DNA of 64,000 nucleotides, taken from contig OZ037770.1 in the NCBI GenBank assembly GCA_964035545.1, positions 4,372,662-4,436,661 of the forward strand, read 5' to 3'. A program made the position numbers and the translations under genes. Positions 26,500 through 40,900 of this stretch are shown piece after piece (positions within the stretch are counted from its first letter, which is position 1; each line of letters begins with the position of its first letter). The DNA comes from Bugula neritina (lineage: Eukaryota > Animalia > Bryozoa). The notes beneath the pieces were generated by a model, which made no database searches, was not told where the DNA came from, and worked only from the letters and a program-made list of their open reading frames with translations.

Positions 26500-26890
26500 T
26501 CATTTTATTTAGGTTAGTACATATTGAAGATCTCAAGTTTTTGCTAATGAACATGAGTTTTGGCCCGAAACTAAAAAAATATCAATAAATACACCTAAAT
26601 AATCAAGGCTCTTTTTAATTTTCTTTGATTTCCTATGCTTTTTTTCTAATTACAGCAACTTCTGACTGGGGATCGCCACGGTTAGTTTGTAACAGTAGGC
26701 AATCCAAATGAAATGAATAAATAGGAAAAAACATGAGAAATCATGCAAAATTAAGAAGAACCTCGATTATTTAGGTGTATTTCTTGATGTCTCACTAATT
26801 TTAAGCAAAAAGCATTGTTCATTAGCAGCTAAAATGTAAAAATGGCTAAAAACTGCAGATTTCCAGTGTGTACTAAATTAAATAAAAGGA
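26500..26890. mobile_element. Old palindromic MITE/foldback element
   Basis: Degenerate ~150-bp inverted arms (aaatacacctaaataatc / gattatttaggtgtattt; tgctaatgaaca / tgttcattagca). Confidence 0.65.
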
Positions 26891-28959
26891 CTCAATCACC
26901 TTTGCAACATAATTCAATAATTGCATGGTCAAGCAGAATAAACTACAATTAACAGCAACAACAGTGTAATAGTTGCGTAGAAAAGTTGTACTGCAAAAAA
27001 CTAAAAGAATGCAAAATCTATAAATGTGTGCTACCAAGTAAATGCCGAACAGACATCATGAAATAGTGTACGAAATACAAACTATTAAACTTACCTGTTG
27101 ATCTAATGCAGCAAAAACCTTAAGCATAGAGTAGTGGAATGGTGCTGTTCGATGTTGATATGCTACAAGTATAAGCTAAGATGACTCAAATTCTTGCCTT
27201 TAGGAGTAAGAGGCCTCAGCTCAGTTTCAACAAAACTTCCAATAATCTCAACGGATGCGCTCAATTAGGAGCCACAACAAAGCACACCCATGTCATTTTA
27301 GTAAACTCTAAAAAATGAACGGAAATAAAACTGTTAGAGAGTAAACAGAGAAACATATAATGATGGGGGAAAAACCTGTCAGCAAAGGTTATATACACTC
27401 ATAGCCATAACACGAAGAAAAAGATAATGAATAACAACCTATTCAAGATGACACAAGAAACCAAACAAATTTCTTTGACTAAAAAATATAATTAAATACT
27501 ATATTACTTGGCAAAAAATATTTGTTTTGAACAACGTATTATTGGGAAGAATTGCCAGTGTCTTAAATTTTGAGATTAAAATTTCTGCCTTATAGCGGAA
27601 ATAGAGAGGCAATCAATAGTGTACAAAACATGTTTTCAGTCATTGGCTGTTGACTAAATTGACAAAGTTAAAGAAAGCTTCCATATCATTATTTATTTTG
27701 TTCTCAAGTGTGTGGTTACAGTTTCATGAGTCAGAAATATAATTATTTGAGATATGAAATCAAATATAGTCAAAAGAGTGTCATACAATTTAAAATGTAG
27801 TAATAGAGCTTTGACAATAATTTCTTCTGCTAAGTAAAACAGGTACCATTATGTGCTACTTATCTTTTAGAGATGAACATCAAGGATGTTGAAAACAAAA
27901 TAGTTGTAAATTACAGCAAATACCTTTCTACTTACCTAACCAGAGAAAATAAGTGTTCAACCTTGCATGCACTCAGCTGGTTTTCAATGTTTGGATCAGT
28001 GACATCTTTATAACTGATAGCAGCATTATGTGATAGCTTTAGGAATTGTTACCTTAAATCTAAATTATATAGAACAAGAAGTGCTAAAATATGGCATTAG
28101 TACTCATTGCACAATACAAACTTGCTAGAGTAGCTAATCTAGCATCACATTAATTTAAGAAAGACAAAATTTTATTACTGTTCACAAATGATGAATATTA
28201 AAATTTGAATAATTAGACAAATTAACAATGATATTGATGTTACTTCAAACATTACCAATGGTAAACACCAAAATACTAATAGGAATAGTCATGTTAACAT
28301 CAATTAGAAAAGTAAAGATAATTTGAAAATGAGACAGTTTATAGGTCTAACTCTTATAGTTGACAAGCAATTACAGGGCAGTCATATTGATGTAGGCTAC
28401 CCTCAAAATGTAGCACTTTAAAAATATTAAAAAGACAGCACATATAAGAACATAATCTTAAAAATAGGCATATGTGACACCTATATTTTGATTAACAAAG
28501 AAATCTTCTTTACTTTATTAATCTAGCTCATATAATGGTATTCTGTCTTAGTATGTTATTTTAATACTTGAAATCTAATCAGTTACAGAAAAGTACTTCA
28601 ATTCAAAGGCCTTCATAATTATTCTTTAGTTTGCTATTTAAATAGACAGTAAGGTTGATGAATAAAATAAAAGTTAGTAAAGTAAAAACTAAATAAATTG
28701 AGAATAATATCTCCACTCTAAGGTTATAATCCTTATAAATTAACATTTTAATACTCCTGTTATCCTTAGGTATAGTTGTTAGCAATTTAACTATGAGCTC
28801 GAAGCCAAATGTCAGTATTAGCATCCCCATTACATTGACTAAGAATGACTTTATAACCCTCAAGCTGTGGCACTCAATTTCTATAAGTAGTAACTCATAA
28901 CAAATATAAAATTATTTATTTGCTACTGATAGTGATAATAATCATAATTAAAAATAATA

Positions 28960-31920
28960 ATATGATCCATTAAAATATAACTAATAAAGCCAACGACGTT
29001 AATGGTATGTCTAACTAAACATGGCATGTCTCGTCTGGCAGTGGGTATGTGGAGGGCCAGGCAACCTACGGCCGTCAACCCGTTAATGGCACAACTAGAA
29101 GAAGATACTCAAGAGAAGACAACAAAGTTGTCATGAAATGCTGCTTCAAAAGTACACCCAAATTGAGAGGTTATAGAAAAACAATGTATGAGCTCTGTAG
29201 ACCCGGATCAAAGAATTATTTAAAAAGAATGTGCAAACGCTGGAAAACAGAGGAGAGTTTAACATCAGCGAACAGAGACTAGCGGATTAAGCAAGAACTA
29301 TGAAGAAACACAAGCATTTTATGGAAGAAGAACTCCATAAGATTGAAGAAGGAACCTTGCAAGAACTAGGCACATCAATTGGTGAAGAAGATAATGAAGA
29401 GCTAAATTTGCAAATAGAGGATGTTATAGTACAACATGAGATAGCATATAAATCAGCCATGAGAATTTTAAGAGTACCTAGTTCAGAGGTAGAAAAAGTG
29501 TTAGTAGAAAAATTATAAATGAGCATAACAAACTATCTAATGATCGACCAACACTAAGAGCCCTTAGGCACATTGAGAGGGTCAAATTACTACAGGCAGT
29601 AAAACAGATTAATGATGTGCTAAACTGTGTTGAGATTATTAATACCATTGAGCTTAATAACACCACCATGGCTTGTGCGAAAAATAGTAACAGAACAAGT
29701 GTGTAACAAAAAGGAAAAAGAAAAACTGACAATGTACAAGTATGGAAAATACGACTGCAGAAGAAATAAAAAGAAATTAGATCAGACTTAAGTAAAATAG
29801 CAGAGTGAAAAAGTAGAGCTTACAATGATTCATTGAGAAGAATGGTTGAAGAAAAATATAGGATAAAGAACAAAGAGTGTGGTGTAGTGATTGAAAAACT
29901 GAAGCAAAACCTGAGAGCTGTAAGCCAGAAGATAAACAGATATACAGAATGAGTTGATCAATATAATCAGAACACAATGTTTACAATGATAAGCGCTTTT
30001 ATCAAGAATTACGAGGAAATGAATACGTACATCTAAAGAGGCACCTGACAAGGAAATCAAAAGCATTCTGATAAAATATATGGGGTCAGCCAACTAAAAA
30101 TAATACCAATGCAGAATGACTAAATAAAGTTAGCAACAAATTGGAGCATATGTAAAGACAAGGAAATTAGATCTTAGAAACGATGCAAACAACTGGAATA
30201 GCAATTAATGTCATAAGGTTGATAAGAAAAAGCATGAAACCTGGAAAACACAACTGAAATACCTGGAAGAAAAGATAGGAGAAATAAAGATCAAACTAAG
30301 AATTTTCCAAGGAGACTCTTTATCTCTATCCCTTTTCTCCAACTACCGATTCGCATGACAGAAGCGGCTCAATGATGCAAATTTCGACGAGACAGAAAAC
30401 AAACCATCTCCTATATGTGGATGACCTGAAGGTAAATAGGAAATTAAAGTGGGAACTGGAAGCTTTGGTAAACACTGCCGGGATCTTCACAAGGAATATA
30501 GAAATGAAATTTGGATTAAAAAATGTGCCACACTGGTTATGAGAAAGGGAAAGAAAATTAAGGACACAGGAATCAGTTTGCCTGATGAACAGGTAATCAA
30601 AGATCTGAGTGAGAAGCCGTATAAATATCTAGGAGTTCTTGAGATTGATGGAATACAAATATATGAAATGAAAAATAAGATCAAGGAGTACTACAAACAA
30701 ATAAGAAAAGTTCTGGATTCAAAACTGAATGGTGAGAACACAATCAAAGCAATAAACACATGGGCAGTAACAGCAGTGCATTACACAGCTAGAATACTTG
30801 ACTGAACTGTTTCATGAGCTAAAAAATATGGACTGAAAGACAAGGAAGCTAATGACAACAAACCGTGCACCCTATCCGAGAGCAGATGTAGGCAGGCTGT
30901 ATTTTAGCAGAAGGGAAGGCGGTAGAAGAATGTTGTCAACTGAAAAATGCATAAAGATTGAAAACTGCAGCATGTCAGACTACATAAATATAACATAGAC
31001 TGATAGAAACACCACACTGAATACCTTCCTAAAAGACAGAACAGCGGTAGAACTAAATAATGATAAAGTGATAGAAAGAACTGATGAGTGTAAAGAAAAG
31101 CTTCCTGTGGTAAATACATCAAAATGGTGGAAGACATGAAAGCATTTTCCTGGAACTGGTTGAAGTATAGTTGGCTGAAAAGGAAACAGAAGGACTGCTG
31201 ACAGCTGCGCAAAATCAACTATTCACTACTAGAAATTATAAAGTGGCTATGATGAGAGAACAGGGTAGCAAGAAGTGTGGAATGTGTAACGCAAGAGACA
31301 AAACTTCGATGCACGTATTGAGTGAGTTTGAGAAGGTAGCAGAAGGAGAATATAAGAAAAAACACAACCTTTTGGCATTGATAATTTCAATAGTAGTTGT
31401 GTGAACTTGGTGAGTTTCAGAAAAGTAAGAATTGGTACGGCCATCAAGCAGAATAAGTACTGGAAAATGATAATGTGAAAACCTTGTAAGATTTTAACAT
31501 ACACACTGACGTAGTCATCAAAGTTAGGAGACCCGATATATTAGTAGTTGACAAGCATAATGCTGAAACAACGATAATTGATATCACAGTCCCTGTTAAC
31601 TACAGAGTAAAAGAAAAAAATTCGAAAAGTTAGGAAAATATCAGAATTTAGCACTAGAATAAACCCGCCTTTGGAAAACATCAAAAAAGTCATCCCGTTG
31701 TAACTGGAGCCTTTGGAGCTTTATACAAGATTGTAGACTGGCTGACACTACTTGGAGTAGCTGAAAACAAATGCTCATTAATTCAGCAGACACCCTACTA
31801 GGATCAGGATAAGCTCACATCCTGAGGAAAGTTCTATCCATTTCAGCCTAGTATAACTAGGCCAATGGTAAAAGGTTACACCAGCTAAAAAACTACGGTC
31901 AATCAACAATTATAATAATA
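28960..31920 (+). mobile_element. Decayed R4/Dong-clade non-LTR retrotransposon (RT + CCHC + restriction-like endonuclease), internally deleted
   Basis: N-terminal YSREDNKVVMKCCFKSTPKLRGYRK; RT IFQGDSLS, LLYVDDLK (~30411), YKYLGV, KAINTWAV; ETEGLLTAAQ; CGMC..H zinc knuckle; RRPDILVVDK..IIDITVP endonuclease (~31530); (TAA)-like tail and upstream TAA-rich site. Many stops and frameshifts. Confidence 0.88.
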
Positions 31921-34900
31921 TACAACTATATTAGTGCAGTTGGTTCTATTATAAGATTAGCATATCGATTATGACTTTTCGATTGCCACCCTGATACTAT
32001 GAGTAAAATGTACAAGCATACGTGAAAGTATAGATATGATCATAAGTATAAAAATAGGTATAAGTATAAATATAAATATAGGTACAAGTATAAAACGAAT
32101 GATTATATTATTAATAATATTAGTCAGTGATACCTATAACCGTAATGGTTTTTAGACTTACAGTTATCATTAACATTAGCTGAGTAATATGATTAGTTAA
32201 AATAATGGTATTCATTATTATATCATAGTTATAAGTTATAACTCTAGTCTCTAAAGAGCAACAGCAAGTGTAATTGGGATATTCATATTAAATTTCATAT
32301 TCACATAGTGCAATGTTTATGTTATGAACTAATTTATTCCTTCAACATTTAACTATAAATATGATTACCACTAACTTTGACCAGCAGTATTACTAAAAGA
32401 AGCGTATTACAAATATAAGATAATAAAATTCTAGTAGTAGGACTAATAGTATTACTAGGTCCAGTATTATTCTTGTTATCTTATTCATCATTCATGAGTT
32501 ATCAAATTTAAAATTACTACTTATTAGCATCAGCATATAAAAAGTAAGATCATTAGGAATAATTATCATGAGGTATGATCTATGATTTGCATTATCCATA
32601 TATAGTTTAATATCAATATGATATATTATTATTGCTGATAGTCTATGTTATAGTTAAATTTATACTTATCTTTACAGTTACCTATAGTAGCACTTATTAG
32701 TTATTTGTGGTAGCCAAACTAATGTTTAATATTAATAAATTAAACTGAGTATCATAAAAGTGTTACTAAGAATTTTAATTATAATCGTAATGGTGATCAT
32801 ATTACTTTATTATAATTATTATATTTTATCATTAATGCTAAACTGAGTTAATGTATATACTTTGAGTTTTACTATTACTCATTATATTTACACTAATAGT
32901 AAAACTAAATATGTAAAAGTTATACTTATACTATTATTATTCGTATTTCATTAGACTTACATCTAAGATCGCAGTCCTATTACTACTACCACTGATACTA
33001 GTACTACAACTAGTACTAGTACTGCTACTAGTACTAGTACTACTACTACTACTACTAATAGTACTGTTACTACTACTACTACTAGTACTACTACTAGGTC
33101 TACTACTGTACCAGTACAACTACAAACTTTGAAAATAACTGCAAGAAAGGTATGACTTACTCTTTTTCTTAGTCTTACTGTGACTCTCAGTCGTAATGTA
33201 AAATAAAATTGTGAACTGTAAAGTTAAATCCAAGGCTGAAATTTATTTAATTAAATTTAGACAATCTGAATCATTGGCTCAATCCTTGAGTTTGACTATT
33301 ACTATTATTATTAGTGTTACGATTGTGATTATCATTGGCATTATGATTATGCCATTATCATTATGATTGTAATTGTGGTAATTCTAACAATAATTATAAT
33401 CATAAATTAAAAGGTAATGATTAATGATAATTATTTTCATTTTGTAATCATAATGACAATCATAATAATGTAAATTTTGATGTAAAACCAAAATACTAAA
33501 ACTAAAAGTAAAAGTTATAAAATTAAATGATAAAATATTATAATGATAATCATAATGATAATTATTATATTTATTATATTATTATTGAATATATTATTTC
33601 ATTAGAAAATAGGTTGCAGCTTAGCATGATTAAAATTCAGTAAAAATTAGTTTACCAACAGCAAACATGCATGCGTCTTGTCAACATTCAATTCGTAGTG
33701 TCATAGCGAAGCCAGATTACTGGTAGTACGACTACTAGAACTACTACTACTAGTGATGGATTACAGATCCTTGGCGATTTTAGCTGTGAGTGACCTTCAC
33801 CTCACATTCTCGTCATGTGCGCGGCATTAGACTAAGTAGAGGGTATGAAGCAATGAGCTGGAAAATAAAGAATATATTTTAATTATAGGTAATACTAATA
33901 GTAATATAATTTATGGTAATATATAGGTAATATTATTGAGTTCATTGGTATGGAGTATAGACCTATCACTGATAGTATCAGTATCAACTACCACTTACGT
34001 ACTACTTCAACTTATAACTTACCTTCAACTCAAACTCAAACTGAAACTGCTTGGAATCATTTGTCTTTGATCATATTGGCATTGTCATTGTGATTGTAAT
34101 AACTATTAATATTTTTAGTTCAACATCAATGCCGAACATATTGTAATAACTAATAAGATAATCATAAGGTTGATATATTTTGCTAATAGTAATACTAATA
34201 GTTATAGTAATAGTTATAGTAATTCAGTGTCACTCTCACTCTGGTGGAGTGAGACTCAGACTTACTCTTAGAGTTAGAGACAGAGTGAGTCCGAGTAAGT
34301 CTGAGTGTTGGTAATAGTAATAGTCATATAAATTTAAATTATATTTACTTATTTCTAGCAATCACAATGGCAATAGTTATAGTAACTTTCACTTACTCTT
34401 AAATCATTGAACCTGAACTAAAAGTAAAATTAAGCATTATGATTATGATTATCATTATGATTATACCTATGATTTTATTATGTTTAAATTAAAAATCAAT
34501 ATCATGATAATATCATAGTGATAGACATATTATTGATAAATGATAATATAAAAGTAATTTGATAAATTATACATTGATTTTGAATTAAGGTGATACTGAT
34601 ACTAGACCGGTACTGAAAGTGATAGTAATACTAATAGTAATAGTAATAGTCATATAAATTTAAGTTATATTTACTCATTACCGGCAATCACAATGGCAAT
34701 AGTAACTTAAACTGTAACAGTAATGGTATGGGTATGTTTGAAATTGTCACTATCAGTATTGCTATGAATCAAAATATAATGCTATCATACCAATAATTTA
34801 AAATAATATCACAAAGCTTCATTAGTAACTTTTACTTGTACCAGTTTGGAATTTTGAATTATACAAATCCTTGTAAAGTCTTCAAGTTTATTGTCAAAAT

Positions 34901-36800
34901 GAACTTGAAATTAAAGACTTAGTAGTAAAAATTAAACTAAGACTGACTGTAAGTGACTAAGATTAAAAATAAGTAATTTTAAATATCGATTTAGTATTTT
35001 TCTTACTCTTTGTCTTAAAATTGACTTTTATTTTGCACCTACTCCTGGTCAATGATTCTTTTTTCTATTTATATTACTATTGCTATTAGTATAATTGACT
35101 TAAATTTAATAATATATATGATTATATCTTTATAAATGTGATATTTGATTTTATGAATAGTAATTCGAAAACTCTTTGGTATTATTTATTTTTGATCATT
35201 GTAGTTATTATCATTATATTTGTATAATAATTATGATTATCAAATTCAATATCGATATTTGTATTGTGGTATGGATATCTGCCTCCATCCCATGTTCTGT
35301 TTTGCAGTGCCTTTTTACATTCACGTCTAGGTTCACATTGCGATGGTCATACTGATAGCACTTGGGGACAGTGATGAGCATAATGATTATCACTAATATT
35401 AGGATTATCGTTATTAGGATTTAGAATAATTTAATAAACAAGCAACTTAAAACAAATGTTTTTACTAATATACATATTAATTACTAATATAAATATACTA
35501 CTATGAATATTATAATTATTATACTTTACAATTCAAAGTAAGATAATCATAATACGAACTGGTAAAACTAAATATAAAGTAAATGTAATAATACTAATAG
35601 TAGTTATCCATTCCCCTTTGGTTTCACATACTAATAATTGGAAACCTCTGTCCTAATATTATTTCTATTAATATTGCTCAAAGTTTGATTCCTATTTAAT
35701 TTTATAGTTCACTCACCAGCTACATAATTTTATTAAAATACATGTGGTATTGGTTATAGTACTAGTGAAACTTGAAGTTGAATAGCATGCTTATTACTCA
35801 CTGCTCTTTGCTTACATTATTAGGGTTACTCTTTAGTCTTAGAGATACCCTAACATAAACTTGAAAGCTGGAGGTAGTACTAGTCTAGTGCTGTGTTAAT
35901 CCTACACTGTTGACTTATCAACACTGTGACTATAATTATGACTCCTAAGTCAAAGTCATTTTCATATAGTAGTAATCACTATGACAGACTGAAAGTCAGG
36001 AAGACTAAATATAATGGTAAAGTGTGTAAGAATAAATCATACTTAATCAATTACTTTTAGTTTTGTTACCAGTGTTGGGTCAACTTTCAGAATAAAGAAT
36101 AAATATAATTATAAAGATAAATGGATAAAAATTCCTATCATGGTTTAATGTGCCTATTTTAAGCTGTTAATTTAATTACTATAATATAAGTGCTCAAAAT
36201 ACATCTTTTGATTTTCATAATTATGTTTTAATTTAATACAGATACCATAGTATCATATACAGTAGAATCAGTTGTATCTTATTTAATAATGAAGTAACTT
36301 ATTGGAGCTTTCACAGTTATTAATTATTTACTTGTTAGTCTTTGAACTGGGACAATGTTTGAAACTTGAAGTAGAATGAAGTTTGATTTCAGTTACCGCA
36401 ATGGTATCTGCAGTCACAATAGGAATACGCATATAACTATGTTTATATTTGTGAAAAATATATAGTCAAAACTAGATAAGGTAATAGTAATTATAATTGG
36501 TTTCACTTTTAATATATTCCTATAAACTGGAAAATAGACAGAAGCATTTAATCATGAAAGTAAACCTAGTGGAAGTAAATCAATTCACTAAGTATAGTAA
36601 AATATCTACTATTCAGTAAGTTTATTTACTTTAGTTAATTGTACTTGATTATTTCTGTCGGTTTTTCAGTTGATTTTTCTACCTTTTGCTATAGCATATC
36701 AAACTACCACAAAGTCATACTTCCGTATTACAATTATAAACATAGTGTTACTGTGTAATGTTATAGTAATGTAATAGTAATATTTGGATCATTGTAAGTA
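31920..36800. repeat. Long low-complexity tract of degenerate 3/6-nt periodic repeats (agtaat, tactac, gattat, aaactg), including (TAC)n at ~32975-33120
   Basis: Pervasive tri-/hexamer periodicity with drifting motifs; ~70-bp duplication 34311-34387 vs ~34636-34707. Confidence 0.7.
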
Positions 36801-37644
36801 TTTCTGTTGTTGTACTGATTGATAAATATTTTTTAGCTTGCATGGATATTTGCAACGATCAAGATGTCATTTGAACCTGGACTGGAATAAAGATGGCAAA
36901 TCGAGAAGCTAGCTACAATTATTCTGCAGAAAGAAACTTGGTAAGCAAAAATAAGCTGCAGCATTAAGCAGTAAGCAATATGACGATGAACTTTGCTTGA
37001 TTTTGATTGACCTTAAAATATCTGGTCACCTTTCACCAACGTGGTCCTGCGCGGGTGGCCGGTGACCTTAAAATGTCTGTTGCACGTAAAATAAATTTTG
37101 TGACAGTCAAAAGTATGCTGATCTTTTTCGTATTTCAGTGCATCGGTGTCTTAGCTTAAGAGCTGAACCCAACAATTATGATCTAAAGCTGTTTTTTACT
37201 AGAAAGTGATTTTACTGTCTTTCTGATTATTCTTGGTTTTTCAGCTTGATGAATTGAATAAATGGATTTGATTTCGGGTATTATGTAATGGATGAAAGAA
37301 ATTTTTCTTAAATTTGTACTGAGCAATTTTTGCTATTGCTATGATGTTTAGTGATAAAAGCATTTGTTTATGTTCATTTTTAGGAAATTAAAATGAAGAC
37401 ACAACTCACCGATGCTACCTCACTGTGCCTGCATGCAGTTTATCTAAAAAGGTACTCCTATTAGCTGGCTCTTGCCCAATACCTGGTTGTCTCTGTAACT
37501 ATTTTTTGCTCGCAGATGAGTTTTTGGAACTTGACATTTTATTGATTTTGAAAGTTATAGTGAGCTTTGAACTTGCTAGCATCGTTTTTAAAGACTTGCT
37601 GCAGTTTTTATCAACATTTTTTAAGTCAATGGTGTTAGTTTGGA

Positions 37645-37968
37645 AGCTCTCTCACTCCTCTCTCTGTCTCTTTCTCCCACACCTTCCACTCAACCTCTCT
37701 CTCTTTCTCTCCCTCTCTCCCACCCTCCCTCTCTCCCACCCTCCCTCTCTCCCACCCTCCCTCTCTCCCACCCTCTGTCTCTCCCACCTTCTCTCTCTCT
37801 CTCCCACTCTCCGTCTCTCCCACCTTCTCTCTCTCCTAACCTTTCTCTCTTCCCTTTTCCACTATCTCTCTGACTCTCTCCCTTTCTCTCTTCTACCCCA
37901 TCTCTCTTCCATCCTCTCTCCTAACCTTTCTCTTCCACCCCCCCTCTCCCACTCTCGTTCTCTCTCTA
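37645..37968 (+). repeat. Polypyrimidine (CT-rich) minisatellite with ctctctcccacc units
   Basis: Near-pure C/T strand with repeated ctctctcccacc. Confidence 0.9.
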
Positions 37969-40900
37969 GTTTGCATGGCTTTACCCAATTTTGGTTTATT
38001 TTTTTATTTTGTTTCAGAGTATCCAAAAGGAAAGCTAAAATTTATTTAATATATATTATACCAACTTGAGCTTTACATATAATATCAAATAAATGCTGTG
38101 TTTTGTTAAAACAATGTTTGCAACTTTGTAGTATATTCAAATTCATAATTTATTTGTAGAGTCACACAACAAGACACTACTCTGACACACTCGCAAGTTG
38201 CCACTGATCCAGCAGTATAGATGATTGTTTTCTCCCACTGGCTATGCTGTCACGCTTTGCTGTTGTCGTGTTTGAAACAAACCAATTGTTTGCCTACGCA
38301 GATTAGGGTGAGAAAAAAAGTGAGAAATGAAAGCTGTTTTTAATACCAACTACACTTAGTTTTTATTGAATGAAAAACAAAGTGAAATCATTAGTTATCC
38401 GGTAAATGACTAAATCATTGTTTATAAAGATGAAACACAAATAATCTTATAATATGCTAATGAAATTTGGCTTTCAAATAGCTTTTTTCTGTATATTTGT
38501 TGAGGAAGTTTATCTTCAACAAAACTCCGTAGCTGTTGAATATGTGGAGAGTATTTTATATTGCATAAATTTATAGAGTAAAAGGTTCTCATCAAACTTT
38601 TACAACTTAGCTCATCGACGGTTTAAAAGTGTGAGTCACCCTTCACACTAGAGTTTTATAAAGTTTTAATGAATGTGCAGTATTTTATAAAATATTGTGT
38701 GTCTCGTAAATTTAGCTATTTCTACCTTTTCAGTGAGATTGGAGTAAACACACCTCAAAATTCACATCTGGTATCACATTGATTTATCGCAAGTCAAAGT
38801 ACACCTACTAACTCTTCCTTGCATTAATACCTGCTTGCTTTTGCACTTCTACTCATTTCATATACCTAACATTTCTCTTGCAGATGAATTACATCTTTTA
38901 AGTTGTAAAAGCCTTAAATAGCATGAAATTAATGAGGTTTAAACCGTGGCCACACTAACTATTGATGCGTTTATTGATGGGTTAAATTACACGAAAATAT
39001 TGTCTCTTTCTTTTTAGTTTCACCTAAAGTATTACATACTATTGATGGAGGCTTTGCTGAAGTTTTTGGGTGATGATTTGTCAATAATTTTCCAGAGAAG
39101 ATGATGCCACGGTGGCTGGCATCATTATGCAGTTTCCAAATTTCTTTCGGCTTTGCTCTAGTGAAAATGTTGGAAAACAATCAACAAAAAGGTTTGTACC
39201 ATAAACGAAGTTATTGTGTGCGTGTTGTCAAAGCATAAAGTGTGCTGGAAATTTTTAGGTTTCTGTTGAGATGCGTTTTTGCTTTTCCTGCATGAAAAAA
39301 GTTCCAGTTTCAGTTAATATCACTAGCGGAGTGCCCACCTTTATTTTAAATCATATTGATGCATAAGTTCTTTTTGTAATATTAAAAGTATAACTTGCTT
39401 AATTGCTATTCAATGCCCTTTGAAGTTTCCAACTGTAGTTAATTAGTTGATTTGGCAGCATAGTATCGATGATTGATGAAGGCAGCCGATATAATTATAA
39501 GCATAAATATCTATATCTACATGAAGATGTCATTCCCAATGATTGTTATTCTGAAATCAGCTGATTAAGTTATCACAAACTAAACATTTTGACCAGCGGC
39601 TTGCAATGCAACTCGGTGAAATTTCAGACTTAGATAAATTGAATTTCTTACTGAAAATCGTGAAGGTATTAAAGTTTAAAGTGAAAGTTTAAAGGGTCAT
39701 CTCTCTGCGAATTCTAATAGCATGGTGCCAATTAGACTTGAAAAAATTTCAAGGCACTATAAAGCACTAAGCCCATTCTTACAAGTAGTTTCAAAGTGCA
39801 CTGGAATTTCAGTTTACTTGTCATTGTATAGAATCCTGATCTACACTATATAGCATTCACTATTGCCTGCTTCTTCTAAGCATCTATAATGTATTAACTA
39901 CAGTTTGCTTTGAGAAGTGAATTTCTACTTGGTATTTTTTCCTTATCGTTCCGTTGTTTGCCAGTAGTCTTAATTTAATGGATTTTCCCTTTTCAAAAGT
40001 GGTTGTGACAATCAAAACACATCATGCAGCCTGCAACTACACAATCAGTCAGTAATTTCTTCCATTAAAGTAGCTCTTCTGGTTACTCTTGCTCACCTAA
40101 AAGCCTGAGCCTCATTCAAATTGCAATTTTTTAGAGTTGTTAGTTTTTCATGCAGTCTTTCATTTTTTTTTGTTAGGCACAAAATTAGTATTCACTAGAC
40201 CTAATCTTTCATCTGCATGTATGCCTATTGTTTGTTCATTAAAGAAAAACCTCTGCTGAATATTGAACTAATAATGAAAATAAATTCCTTAAACTAAAAG
40301 TAGCAGTGTGATTTTGGTATTACAATTAGTTGTTAGCATAGAGTCAAGTTATTGACAGGAATTTTCAAATTGAAATGAATGAATTTCATTGTAAGTCAGC
40401 AAGATTTAGTCTAAGTAAACATAGCATTACATCGTGTTTTATTTAGCATTTGCAGAAGGCAACATATATCTTAAGGATTATTGTAAACTTAAATGTAATT
40501 TTAGTTACTTTCCATGTTTGTTATTGTAGATGGTCTTGTTCTTTAGGATGGATGTGACAACTCCTTGTGTCAAGCTTAACTGATTGACTACTGAATGCCA
40601 ATTATATGTTTTGCCAAAAAATGTGAAAATGGAGTGCATGTCTACTTTATTTGAGAAAATTTTAAAAATACTTTTGAAACTTCATCTAGCCAAACAATAC
40701 AACAGTTTCATTTTATGAAAAAATATCATTTGCACAAAAATGTATTATGTAATCGAACAATTTCTAGAAAAAAAAGTGCTTTCCTCCAGTTTTGCTAATG
40801 AACTACATTTTTCATTATATGCTTGTCTTTATAATTTTATTAATTGTTTTTTCTGGTGAGTCAATTAAAGTCAATTCAACCTAGAAAAGTCTGAATTTCA

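Noticed and set aside
23000-27300. Very old minus-strand Harbinger-like transposase traces (e.g. ~25230-25315)
   Set aside because: Only faint motif resemblance; no ends or continuous frame could be defined.
37425-38069. 214-aa Leu/Ser/Pro-rich ORF
   Set aside because: Open only because of the stop-free CT-rich repeat.
40545-40650. Defensin-like remnant (GCDNSLCQA*...KKCENGV)
   Set aside because: Two stops and an incomplete Cys pattern; cannot be told from chance.
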